NCBI GenBank assembly: GCA_964511965.1
Contig: CAZEGF010000022.1
Span: forward strand, 12,101 to 76,100
Origin: an uncultured Gammaproteobacteria bacterium
GTDB lineage: Bacteria > Patescibacteriota > Microgenomatia > Levybacterales > GWA1-39-11
Length of the DNA stretch: 64,000 nucleotides
Direction of reading: 5' to 3'
Made by a program: the position numbers and the translations under genes. The notes beneath the pieces are model-generated. The model made no database searches. It saw only the letters and a program-made list of their open reading frames with translations, and was not told where the DNA came from. Position 1 is the first letter of the stretch, and each line of letters begins with the position of its first letter. Below, in pieces: positions 46,910 to 55,442 of the stretch.

Positions 46910-48010
46910 ATGAATGTTTCAGTAGGAATTGTTGGGTTGCCAAATGTTGGGAAGTCAACGTTATTTAATGCATTGTTGAAAAAACAGGCTGCGCTTGCTG
47001 CAAATTATCCTTTTGCAACAATAGAACCAAATGTCGGAATTGTACCAGTGCCCGACGATCGTCTCACCCGTTTGGCAGAAATTACCAAAGAAGAAGTAGG
47101 GATGAGTGATCTTCCCCCAATAAAACCAGCTATGGTTGAATTTGTTGATATAGCAGGACTTGTAAAAGGTGCTTCAGAAGGGGAGGGACTTGGGAATAAA
47201 TTTCTTTCACACATTCGAGAAGTAAAGGTAATTGCGCATGTTGTCAGAGCTTTTGAGGATAAAGATGTTATACGCGAGGGTTCAGTTGGCGTTAAAGAGG
47301 ATTATGAAACTATAACAACGGAGTTGATACTTGCAGATCTTGATACACTTTCTAAAATTAATGAGAAAACCTTAAGAACTGATACTGTTCTAAATTCTGC
47401 AATTACAAAATTAAAATCTCATTTAGATACCGGTCTTCCTGCCCGAAGCTCTTTGCTTACTGATGGAGAGCAGGAAACAATAAAACAGTTATCGCTTTTA
47501 ACTTCAAAGCCGGAAGTTATGGTTCTAAATGTTGGTGAAGAATCTTATTCAGAAAGCAAATTTGAATCAATAATTGGTCAATACAGTCAACTATTGGGTA
47601 TGGATAAGAAAGATATGGTCGTTGTGTCGGCAAAAATCGAATCAGAACTTGCTGAACTTGGGGAAGAGGATGCGACGCAATATTTAAAAGAATTAGGAGT
47701 TGAAAAGTCTGGGCTTGAAAGACTCATCCAGAAGGCTTACGAGAAATTGGGACTAATATCATTTCTTACCTGTGGAGAAAAAGAAGTAAGAGCATGGACA
47801 GTTAAAATTGGAGCAACTGCAGTTGAGGCAGCAGGAGAAATCCACACAGATTTTATGGATAAATTTATCAAGGCAGAGGTTGTAAGTTACAATGATTTTG
47901 TAGAATGTAATGGTTGGAAAGGGGCCCGGGAAAAGGGCAAAGCCGGACTTCAGGGGAGAGAATACGTCATGCAAGACGGAGACACAGTAGAATTTAAGAT
48001 TGGCCGTTGA
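46910..48010 (+). CDS. ychF: Ribosome-binding ATPase YchF (Obg-family)
   Basis: [32 protein letters not shown] and a C-terminal TGS domain. Confidence 0.95.
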   Translation: MNVSVGIVGLPNVGKSTLFNALLKKQAALAANYPFATIEPNVGIVPVPDDRLTRLAEITKEEVGMSDLPPIKPAMVEFVDIAGLVKGASEGEGLGNKFLSHIREVKVIAHVVRAFEDKDVIREGSVGVKEDYETITTELILADLDTLSKINEKTLRTDTVLNSAITKLKSHLDTGLPARSSLLTDGEQETIKQLSLLTSKPEVMVLNVGEESYSESKFESIIGQYSQLLGMDKKDMVVVSAKIESELAELGEEDATQYLKELGVEKSGLERLIQKAYEKLGLISFLTCGEKEVRAWTVKIGATAVEAAGEIHTDFMDKFIKAEVVSYNDFVECNGWKGAREKGKAGLQGREYVMQDGDTVEFKIGR

Positions 48011-48068
48011 TATTAATTAAATTGTAACCAATCCTTGATTTCTGCGAAATTAAGATAGGAAGATAAAT

Positions 48069-48506
48069 ATGGCTGAAGATAAAAGTGATGCTCAAAGAGA
48101 AGCGGAAGAGATGGAGGCAATGTTTAACAGCATTAATAAACTAATTGGAGAAAACCTCACACTTCCAGTAACTTTAAGCCTCGAGGATGCAGAAAGATTA
48201 AGACGGTTTGTTGAGAAAGGATATGTCAATGATGTCGGTGGGACAAGCGTTGAAAGACAACGACTTTGGGAAACAGCGCTTGTTATACATGAAAGAATAT
48301 TAATGGAACAAATGGAACATGAGAACAAATCAGAGGATAGCATAACAATTCCATTGTTCGAAACCCAAATTGCTGAGCTTGAGTCATTAACTCACAGTGG
48401 ATTAAATTTTGGAATGATGCTTGATGAGCGATTAGATGTTATTGAAGCAATTAGTCATACACGCGAAGCATATGTTAAGAGTAGATCCGAAATTCAAGGT
48501 CAATAA
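48069..48506 (+). CDS. Hypothetical acidic protein
   Basis: 145-aa ORF. Confidence 0.45.
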   Translation: MAEDKSDAQREAEEMEAMFNSINKLIGENLTLPVTLSLEDAERLRRFVEKGYVNDVGGTSVERQRLWETALVIHERILMEQMEHENKSEDSITIPLFETQIAELESLTHSGLNFGMMLDERLDVIEAISHTREAYVKSRSEIQGQ

Positions 48507-48546
48507 ATTCCTGGACACGATGTTTAAATTGTTTTAATATAGTTCT

Positions 48547-48879
48547 ATGAATGACTGTATATTCTGCGAAATTGTTAAAGGAGAAATTCCAAAAGACTTT
48601 AGATTTAAGGATGAGAATGTCCTGGCGTTTGATGATATTCATCCGGTTGCCAAAGTCCACGTTCTTTTCATAAGCCGAGAGCATTACAATGCATTCGAAG
48701 ATCTTCATGATGATGATGTTATGTCATCAATGAGAAAAGGAATTCAAAAATTAGTTGAAGAGACAAATCTTGTTGGAAAAGGTTACAAAGTTCTTGTTAA
48801 CGGCGGAGGAGGACAGGTCATAAATCATCTTCATTTTCACCTCATTGGCCCAACTGGGCTGCAAGCACCCATAAAGTAA
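48547..48879 (+). CDS. HIT-family (histidine triad) nucleotide hydrolase
   Basis: CIFCEI...HLHFHLIG histidine triad. Confidence 0.85.
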   Translation: MNDCIFCEIVKGEIPKDFRFKDENVLAFDDIHPVAKVHVLFISREHYNAFEDLHDDDVMSSMRKGIQKLVEETNLVGKGYKVLVNGGGGQVINHLHFHLIGPTGLQAPIK

Positions 48880-48940
48880 CTTTAAACGTTAAACTTAAAA
48901 CCTCAAACTGAAATTTTGTTGTGGGAAATTATATAGAAGG

Positions 48941-49930
48941 GACCCTGCTGTTTCCGCAGCAGGGTCCCAGAGAAGCGGGAGCCCGGAGGCTCCTGGTCAA
49001 TCACAGTCCGCCGTAATTCGCGCGTGCTTATCGCAGCGATGGCAGACCAGAGATGATCCTCATCATTTGCATGTCCCCATAGCGGGGAAGGTGGGCTCTA
49101 GCCCCACCTTCCCCTAGGGAAGGAACGCATAACGGTCAAGGAGAACCAAAAAACCGTCAGCGGAATCCTTTTGGGTGGGACGGGCCGACATGGGGAGGTA
49201 TGTCTACCCGTCCCGTGGAATGAGGGAGGAGTCCACATTCCGTGAAACCGCTTGGTCAGGGCGGCTTCCTCGATCAGCGGCTTATATGCCGCGGGAAAAC
49301 CGGGAAGGGCTGGACAACGAAGTCCAGCCCAATTCCGGCCGGAGACAGAAGAGGTCGAGTTTTCTGCTCCTAAGATCTTGTTCCCGAACCTGCGGGCGGG
49401 CGGATTCGCAGAGAAACAAGATCCTCTCGACCAGCGGCTTATATGCCGCGGGAAAACCGGGAAGGGCTGGACAACGAAGTCCAGCCCAATTCCGGCCGGG
49501 GATAAATCCCCTAGGGTTATCTGGTGGAGACCTAGGTGGGTAAACGGGGTGAAATGGGTTTGTCTCCTGGCCAGCGTTACCCTTCTTTATCCAGTTTCCG
49601 TACATAGGTCGGATCAGGACGGGGGTAATGCCCCCGTCCATCACCGTTATCAAGAGCTAAGGTTTTTGCGTTACCGCCTATTGGCGGCTTCGATAATGGC
49701 GGTCAGACCCTTGCGGTGTCTGCCAAATTCTTGGGCTAAAAAGCCCTGGATATAACCACAGGCGGTCCCTTGTTGGGACCATAGCTATAAGCCAGTATCA
49801 CCATGTCAAACCTCTCCAGTTTGAATTTGCTACACCCGACTAGCGGGTGGAACATGCAAATGTATGTAAAAGAGCGCCCGCAATGCGGGCAATGCCCTTT
49901 ACGGTAGAGTGAATTATAGGTCAACAGTAG
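48941..49930 (+). ncRNA. Candidate large structured non-coding RNA or RNA-like element (GC-rich, hairpin-dense, contains a 69-bp tandem-like repeat). Strand assignment tentative.
   Basis: Many perfect hairpins: gggaccctgctg/cagcagggtccc, gggaaggtgggc/gccccaccttcccc, ggacggggg/cccccgtcc, gggctggac/gtccagccc x2. No convincing ORF with an RBS. The frame-overlapping track ORFs here are GC artefacts. Confidence 0.35.
49264..49500. repeat. Two near-identical 69-bp direct repeats (cagcggcttatatgccgcgggaaaaccgggaagggctggacaacgaagtccagcccaattccggccgg) about 95 bp apart
   Basis: Copies at about 49264-49332 and 49432-49500. Each folds into two hairpins (gcggc/gccgc and gggctggac/gtccagccc). Confidence 0.9.
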
Positions 49931-49959
49931 CCCGTTTTCAATATTGTTTTAATGTGATA

Positions 49960-50145
49960 GTTTTTTTTGAAAAGCTTTTGAGGTATGAGCCCTGTCGTGC
50001 TCTATCACAACAAACATGTTTATATTTAGATGAAGTTGAGATATAAGCAAAGCTTGGCTACGCTAAGCAAAGCTTGGCTACGCTAAGCAAAGCTTGTACC
50101 TCAAAATCTATTAGTTTTTTTTGAAAAGCTTTTGAGGTATAATTA
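49960..50145. repeat. Palindrome-rich repeat block: ttttttttgaaaagcttttgaggtat x2 flanking tandem aagcaaagcttggctacgctaagc x2
   Basis: Seen directly. A third aagcttggctacgctaagcaaagc copy sits at 46165-46200. Confidence 0.85.
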
Positions 50146-50193
50146 CCCTATCTTGTAGTAAATTACAGGAAATTTAGGAGGTGTTTTTAAAAT

Positions 50194-50379
50194 ATGGTTT
50201 TTGTAAAAAAACAACCAGGGGATAGCCCTGATGCCATGATAAGAAAATTTTCTCGCAAAGTAATGAGCGAAGGTATTATTACTGAGATGAAAAAAAGAGA
50301 ATTTCATCTCAAGCCTTCATTGGCTAAAAAATTCAAAAAAGCTCTGAAGCAGAAAATGGCAAAACACAATCAGTATTAA
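50194..50379 (+). CDS. rpsU: 30S ribosomal protein S21
   Basis: MVFVKKQPGDSPDAMIRKFSRKVMSEGIITEMKKREFHLKPS is canonical S21. RBS aggagg upstream. Confidence 0.9.
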   Translation: MVFVKKQPGDSPDAMIRKFSRKVMSEGIITEMKKREFHLKPSLAKKFKKALKQKMAKHNQY

Positions 50380-50462
50380 GTTTAGAATAAAGGAGTAGGA
50401 ATAAAGAATAAAGGAACTTGCTTAATACTTAATTCTTAATACTTAATTCTAATTTTCAAAGT

Positions 50463-50849
50463 ATGAATTCTATCTCAATCCCAATTTACGTGGAGAGTCG
50501 GTATAAAATTAATCGAAAAAGGATTAAGGAGACTGTCATTAAAGTGCTTTTAAAACAACATATTACAAGTCCTGTTGAGGTGAGCATTGCTGTAATTGGC
50601 AATCGCAAAATGCGTGCTCTTAACAAAAAATATAGAGACATAGATAAATCCACGAATGTCCTTTCTTTTTCCCAGACCGAAGGTGATGGTGTCATGCAAC
50701 CCCCGGACAAGCTTTATTTAGGGGACATCGTCCTTTCTTTCCCGAAAGTAATTGAGGAGTGTGCCCGTGACAATATGTTGATTGATGACCGAGTAGACGA
50801 ATTAGTCGAGCACAGTCTCATGCATCTTCTTGGCTTCCACCACAGATAA
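50463..50849 (+). CDS. ybeY: Endoribonuclease YbeY
   Basis: HSLMHLLGFHH (HxxxHxxxxxH) zinc motif and a length of 128 aa. Confidence 0.9.
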   Translation: MNSISIPIYVESRYKINRKRIKETVIKVLLKQHITSPVEVSIAVIGNRKMRALNKKYRDIDKSTNVLSFSQTEGDGVMQPPDKLYLGDIVLSFPKVIEECARDNMLIDDRVDELVEHSLMHLLGFHHR

Positions 50850-50955
50850 AGTGAATTAAGGGTTAAGAATAAAGTATTAAGGGTTTACACCTGAATTTAT
50901 TTCGAATATACTGCTTTTGCTTAATACTTACTTCTTGATTCTTTATTCTTAAGTT

Positions 50956-52437
50956 ATGGTATATTACAGAAAATACAGACCCCAAACAATTTCCGATCTT
51001 GATCTTTTTTACGTTCGAGAAAAGCTTTCAGCAATTCTTTCATCAAAAGAAATCCCTCACGCATTTTTATTTACCGGTAGTAAGGGTCTTGGAAAAACTT
51101 CATCTGCTCGAATTTTGGCAAAGGCAATCAACTGCACAGAAAGAGTATCTAGCAACTTGCAACTAGCATCTAGCAAGAAGCAAGAAGCAAGAAGCCAGGA
51201 GCCTATTTCCATTGAACCTTGTAATAAATGTGATGTGTGTGTCTCAATAACCAATGGGTCAAATATTGATGTCCTTGAAATCGATGCTGCCTCGAATGGG
51301 GGAGTAGAGGAAATGCGTACTCTCAGGGAGAGAGTTAAATTTGCATCTTCAACCCTCAAGAAAAAAGTGTACATAATCGATGAGGTGCATATGTTATCCA
51401 CCGGTGCATTTAATGCACTTTTAAAAACACTGGAGGAGCCACCTTCTCATGTAGTATTTGTTCTGGCAACAACGGAGCTGCATAAATTGCCTGCAACGGT
51501 TGTTTCTCGTACCTTTCAAGTTCAATTTGAAAAGCCCTCACAGGATGAATTAATTCATTCATTGAAAAGAATAGTTACAGGTGAAAAATTGAAAGTTAAT
51601 GACGAAGTTTTGACAGAAATATATAAAGTTGCCGAAGGAAGTTTTCGGGATGGTGCAAAAATTTTGGAAGAATTGGCGCTTTCTTCCGGTGGCAAACATA
51701 TAACGATAGACCTATTTGAAAAAACTTTTCATACGAAAGGATTGAATGATGAGGTGGTAGCTCTTCTTGAAGCATACGCCTCAAAAAACGCAAAAGAGGG
51801 GCTTCAGACAATAAATGCATTATATGAATCAGGCGCCGACTTTAAGATAGTTATCGAAAAATTAGTTGATCATTTACGGGGGTTACTGATGCTACGAAAT
51901 GGAATAACAAGCGATGTGCAAGATATTAAGGATTTGAATATTGATAATATTCGATCGCTTTTAGAGCTTGCCAATGAAGCTTATGGAGAACTAAAAATAT
52001 CAGTGATACCACAATTACCGTTAGAGCTTATGACTGTCAAGTATTGCATTATAGATAGGGGACAGAAGTCAGAAGACAGCAGGCAGGAGACAGTAAACAG
52101 TAGTCAGAAGTCAGAAGGAAAAAACCAAACGGTTGTCATTGAGAGGAGTGAAACGACGAGGCGCCACCATGAAATGGCAAGTACTCTTAGGGTGCAATCT
52201 GATAATACAACTCTACTTAAATCCCTCATTGATGAACTAAATATTGTTAACAAACCAGGCGCTGCATTATTGAGGTCGGCAAAGGAGGCTGTTTTGGATA
52301 AAGAGACAATGGTTATTTATACTCCTTTTCCCATTCACGCAGAGCGGTTGAAATCTGAAAAAGTATACCCCGATCTTCTTAAATCCGCAGGAGTAGTCGC
52401 GGGTCGCAAGGTTGATCTTGCCATAAAAATTTCCTAA
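50956..52437 (+). CDS. dnaX: DNA polymerase III subunit gamma/tau
   Basis: GLGKTSSARILAKAINC Walker A, zinc module CNKCDVC, DEVHMLS box. A 24-aa insertion (VSSNLQLASSKKQEARSQEPISIE) and a later SQKSEG block are encoded by hexamer repeats. Confidence 0.9.
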   Translation: MVYYRKYRPQTISDLDLFYVREKLSAILSSKEIPHAFLFTGSKGLGKTSSARILAKAINCTERVSSNLQLASSKKQEARSQEPISIEPCNKCDVCVSITNGSNIDVLEIDAASNGGVEEMRTLRERVKFASSTLKKKVYIIDEVHMLSTGAFNALLKTLEEPPSHVVFVLATTELHKLPATVVSRTFQVQFEKPSQDELIHSLKRIVTGEKLKVNDEVLTEIYKVAEGSFRDGAKILEELALSSGGKHITIDLFEKTFHTKGLNDEVVALLEAYASKNAKEGLQTINALYESGADFKIVIEKLVDHLRGLLMLRNGITSDVQDIKDLNIDNIRSLLELANEAYGELKISVIPQLPLELMTVKYCIIDRGQKSEDSRQETVNSSQKSEGKNQTVVIERSETTRRHHEMASTLRVQSDNTTLLKSLIDELNIVNKPGAALLRSAKEAVLDKETMVIYTPFPIHAERLKSEKVYPDLLKSAGVVAGRKVDLAIKIS

Positions 52438-52448
52438 AAAACAAAAAA

Positions 52449-52473
52449 GGCCACCTCCTGGGTGGAGGTGGCC
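52449..52473. terminator. Bidirectional hairpin ggccacctcc-tggg-tggaggtggcc, flanked by an A-run upstream and a T-run on the minus strand
   Basis: Perfect 10-bp stem. On the minus strand it is followed by TTTTTTGTTTTTT, so it is a strong terminator for the minus-strand small-ORF unit and probably also for dnaX. Confidence 0.7.
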
Positions 52474-52515
52474 TGATTTGCACAGTGAACTCTGGGAGTT
52501 GGAAGGCCCTGCCTT

Positions 52516-52809
52516 TTATGAAGTGCCCGACTGGGCGTTTCGCAGATCGTGTTCGTACTGGATTGCGTTGAACATGCACTTGCAGTACATGCCGTCCATG
52601 TAGCCACTGCCGAGGCAGAGACAATTCTGGCTGGGTCTGTCATGCAGCGTTCCGGTGTAGACACCACGAAGCTCGGTTTCTGTCTTGTTGGCCGGCCGAG
52701 CCTCAGGGGTGCGGATCCTACGCTCCGCCGACAGCCTGAGATCCCATACCGAAGGTTGTGGTGCTTGTAGAACCGGAGCCTTACCATTGCTGGTAGGTGT
52801 TCTTGCCAT
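52516..52809 (-). CDS. Small Cys-rich protein (97 aa; ...SQNCLCLGSGYMDGMYCKC...) in GC island 3
   Basis: RBS gaaagggtgag-N7-ATG. Shares a [DE]x2-4NC[LW][CL] motif with ORFs at 53712 and 53946. Frame choice in GC-rich DNA is uncertain. Confidence 0.35.
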   Translation of the reverse strand: MARTPTSNGKAPVLQAPQPSVWDLRLSAERRIRTPEARPANKTETELRGVYTGTLHDRPSQNCLCLGSGYMDGMYCKCMFNAIQYEHDLRNAQSGTS

Positions 52810-53002
52810 CTTGTTGGCTCACCCTTTCTGTTCCGTAAGGAACTGTTGCTTCAGAGGATCCGAAGCAATTGCTATCCTTTTGCAGGATCGGCCCCGTCTC
52901 TCGACGGGGCTTCTCCCCGGCATTTCCCTTGCCTGACTTGACTGCGCTCGGTGGTAGTTACCTCCTTTTCGTCATTTTTAACGCCCTTGGGGACGATGAC
53001 GT

Positions 53003-53149
53003 CTAGTGGATCTGAGTTACCAGAATGGCTATTGCAACTGCGAATGCAGAGCATACCATCAAGGCAGAGTAGGCTGTTTGTTTCCGATATGCTGCCTGGC
53101 GGGCAGCCTTGGAGTGAGGCGGCGGGGGTGGCCCCTTTTTCCTGAACAA
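53003..53149 (-). CDS. Possible 48-aa proline-rich small membrane peptide (MFRKKGPPPPPHSK...AFAVAIAILVTQIH)
   Basis: Strong SD AAGGAGAGG 8 nt upstream of the TTG. C-terminal TM helix. Preceded on the minus strand by an AT-rich promoter-like tract. Confidence 0.3.
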   Translation of the reverse strand: MFRKKGPPPPPHSKAARQAAYRKQTAYSALMVCSAFAVAIAILVTQIH

Positions 53150-53359
53150 GACTGTACCTCTCCTTGTGTCGTATTCGACAACCAACATGCAATTCTCAAA
53201 TAAATTGTAAATTGGTTGTCGACTACGACTTCTCCCAAAATTTCAAAGTGCAAATAAATACATTTAGCACAATTTCTTTACAAGCAAAAAAAGTAAAGAA
53301 TTATCCTATTTGTGGCTAGATTATAGCATATAGTAGTTTTAAATGAGGATATGGCAAAA

Positions 53360-53380
53360 GGCCGTCCGTGGAGGACGGCC
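53360..53380 (-). terminator. Intrinsic terminator (ggccgtcc-gtggag-gacggcc + TTTTG on minus strand) ending the A-B-C small-ORF operon
   Basis: Perfect 7-bp GC stem followed by a U-tract on the minus strand, about 20 nt after the stop of ORF 53400..53684. Confidence 0.55.
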
Positions 53381-53399
53381 CAAAATTGCACGGTGATAT

Positions 53400-53684
53400 T
53401 TATGGATGTTCATTCTTCTCGATGTAAAGTTGGACAAGCCTTATCCACTCTGGCTTGATGGTCGGCCAATTTTGCCGCACATACGGGTGCGGAAAGTTGT
53501 TGTAGAGCCAAGCCTCGAGCGTGCCAGTCGAGAAAGTGCGCTTCGGTCCACCTGGTGGCTTGCGAAACCTCCGTTCGAGAGGTAAACCATTTGGATAGGA
53601 AATTGCCACCGACCAGTAGTCTTGGTTGACGGTTGGAGAACGCATCTCCAGAGAAAGTCCAGCCGTGAGATGTAGACTGATCAT
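53400..53684 (-). CDS. Small protein C (94 aa), GC island 3
   Basis: GGAG 9 nt upstream of the ATG. The alternative overlapping frame (53410..53697) lacks an RBS. Confidence 0.3.
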   Translation of the reverse strand: MISLHLTAGLSLEMRSPTVNQDYWSVAISYPNGLPLERRFRKPPGGPKRTFSTGTLEAWLYNNFPHPYVRQNWPTIKPEWIRLVQLYIEKNEHP

Positions 53685-53711
53685 TATCCATCTCCATAGG
53701 GAAACTTGGTG

Positions 53712-53930
53712 CTAGCGCGTTGGGATGTGAAGTGATTTCCTGATCTCATCTTGCGTCATATAGACACACAGGCAGTTCATGGGTTCGCCTTCGTCGGTGG
53801 TGTCGGGCTTGACGCCGCGATCGCACTTGAGAACGCAGTCGGGGCTGAACGGGTACTTGTGAGGCCCGCGGCCCGCTTGTAGCAGTTGTTCCCGAGCTTC
53901 GGAATAGTGAGAATCCTCATTGTATTCCAT
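53712..53930 (-). CDS. Small Cys-rich protein B (72 aa; CVLKCD...NCLCVY)
   Basis: RBS GGAAGAG 8 nt upstream of the ATG, and tight spacing after ORF A. Confidence 0.4.
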   Translation of the reverse strand: MEYNEDSHYSEAREQLLQAGRGPHKYPFSPDCVLKCDRGVKPDTTDEGEPMNCLCVYMTQDEIRKSLHIPTR

Positions 53931-53945
53931 CAGATGTGCTCCTTC

Positions 53946-54191
53946 CTAACAGTCATGGTACCCATACAGATCGTAAGAAACGATGGGTCGTGGTTTTGGA
54001 ATGATTTCAAGCAGCCAGCAATTTTCATGTTGAGCCGCTTGGTTGAATTCGTCTTCGCACGAAGGAACGTGCCCTTGCTCAAAGTACGAATTGTGTTCTG
54101 GATCAAGGCAGAGCCTCGATTTGACGTGTTGACCGCAGAGTGTGCAGTCTCGAGGTGCGCCGTTGACTTTTACGCCTATGAGTTGAGTCAT
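53946..54191 (-). CDS. Small Cys-rich protein A (81 aa; CTLCGQH...C...C...NCWL)
   Basis: Strong SD tcAGGAGGgaaaATG. First gene of the minus-strand trio. Confidence 0.45.
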   Translation of the reverse strand: MTQLIGVKVNGAPRDCTLCGQHVKSRLCLDPEHNSYFEQGHVPSCEDEFNQAAQHENCWLLEIIPKPRPIVSYDLYGYHDC

Positions 54192-54393
54192 TTTCCCTCC
54201 TGACTACCGCTTCAGGCAAAGAATTGCCCAAGGCGGTAGCCAAAAAGGAATCCATAAATTTCAAAGTGCTGAAAATCATGATGAGAACGCCATAGTAGAG
54301 CGCATCTACTAATTAATTCTCAAATTTAGAACGATTATACATCGAAACAGATTGTAAAACGATAATTTGTAGCCTATAATTCATTTTTGCACT

Positions 54394-55440
54394 ATGGCAG
54401 GTGAACAGAATTTATCATTGGTTGAATTCAGGGGAATTCCTGTCGAGAGACGTTATAGGAATTCAGTTGATTCATATCTTGTTTCACACCTCAATTATTT
54501 AGATCCTCAGGTCGGGCAAATGGCAAAACACCATTTTGGATTTGAGACAGAAGATGGAAGTACTAGTATCCATAGTGCTGGAAAGCAACTTCGACCAACC
54601 TCACTTCTTTTGACTATAGATGCTATGGGAGGTGCTTGGGATGCTGCGGTTCCAGCGGCTGGGGCCATAGAACTTTTTCATAATGCGACACTTGCTCATG
54701 ATGACGTAGAAGATGGAGATGAGTCACGGCATGGGAAACCAACTATAGGAAAAATATGGGGTGAGGCACGCGCAATAAATTCTGGTGATATATTCTTTGC
54801 AGAGAGTACCGGTCTATTGTTCCGTCTTCCAAGAGATATTTATAATACTGAAACCATTTTGAAAGCAGCGCAAATGTTTTCAGACCAGACGAAGAAAGTT
54901 TTTCAAGGACAAGAGTTTGATATAAGGTTTGAAAAAGAAGCATATATTACAAGGGACCAGTATGAAGAAATGATCTCACTTAAAACAGGAGCATTATTTT
55001 CTTTATCATTTGGTATGGGAGCACTACTTGCAGGTCGGGATGAGCAGACAATAGGGCAAATGTCAGAATTTGGACTAAATTTGGGAAGAGGATTTCAGCT
55101 GGCTGATGACCTTAGTGAGCTGGTTGACCCGAAAACTATACCATCAGATATACTAAAACGTAAAAAAACTTTGCCGGTTGTACTTGCGCAAGAAAGGGAA
55201 GATGTCGAAGGGTATAGTCGTTTTATGCAACATATATCGCCAAACGATATTCCTCCTACCGGAGTTGAGAGTCGCGAGATTTTGGATTTTTTGCAAAAGG
55301 CAGGCACAATAGTTGAAGCAAAAAAGCTTCTTGAAGCGCTAAATCAAGAATTAATAACAGAGGTCGAAGAAAAACTGCCAATTGAGAAATGGGCAGCGGA
55401 AGATTTTTCAAAAATGGTTTCTCTAACTCTTAAAGTTTAA
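54394..55440 (+). CDS. Polyprenyl diphosphate synthase (trans-isoprenyl diphosphate synthase family)
   Basis: First Asp-rich motif LAHDDVEDGD and second motif GRGFQLADDLSE. Length of 348 aa. Confidence 0.8.
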   Translation: MAGEQNLSLVEFRGIPVERRYRNSVDSYLVSHLNYLDPQVGQMAKHHFGFETEDGSTSIHSAGKQLRPTSLLLTIDAMGGAWDAAVPAAGAIELFHNATLAHDDVEDGDESRHGKPTIGKIWGEARAINSGDIFFAESTGLLFRLPRDIYNTETILKAAQMFSDQTKKVFQGQEFDIRFEKEAYITRDQYEEMISLKTGALFSLSFGMGALLAGRDEQTIGQMSEFGLNLGRGFQLADDLSELVDPKTIPSDILKRKKTLPVVLAQEREDVEGYSRFMQHISPNDIPPTGVESREILDFLQKAGTIVEAKKLLEALNQELITEVEEKLPIEKWAAEDFSKMVSLTLKV

Positions 55441-55442
55441 TT

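Noticed and set aside
49264-49500. 69-bp repeats as DGR template/variable repeats or a mini CRISPR array
   Set aside because: The two copies are virtually identical with no adenine-specific substitutions, and there is no reverse transcriptase nearby. With only two repeats, no cas genes and structured 'spacer' sequence, this is not CRISPR.
49175-49755. Three mutually overlapping ORFs (49175..49543 +, 49252..49755 +, 49282..49653 -) inside GC island 2
   Set aside because: They overlap in different frames, have no RBS, and are composed of Arg/Gly/Pro/Ala codons typical of GC-rich non-coding DNA. The region resolves into perfect hairpins instead. Treated as RNA-like, not coding.
48941-49930. Identification of the GC-rich island as RNase P RNA, tmRNA or SRP RNA
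   Set aside because: Only fragmentary resemblances (GGAGGAGUCC, GGGUGAAAUGGG, a GC hairpin near the 3' end). Order and spacing of the conserved regions do not fit RNase P. There is no tag-peptide ORF and no tRNA-like 3' end for tmRNA. The length, about 1 kb, is far too large.
53400-53684. TALE-homeodomain-like motif (EAWLYNNFPHPYVRQ) in ORF C
   Set aside because: Only the WL..H.PYP fragment matches. The downstream WFxNxR recognition helix is absent. Considered a chance similarity in a GC-rich ORF.
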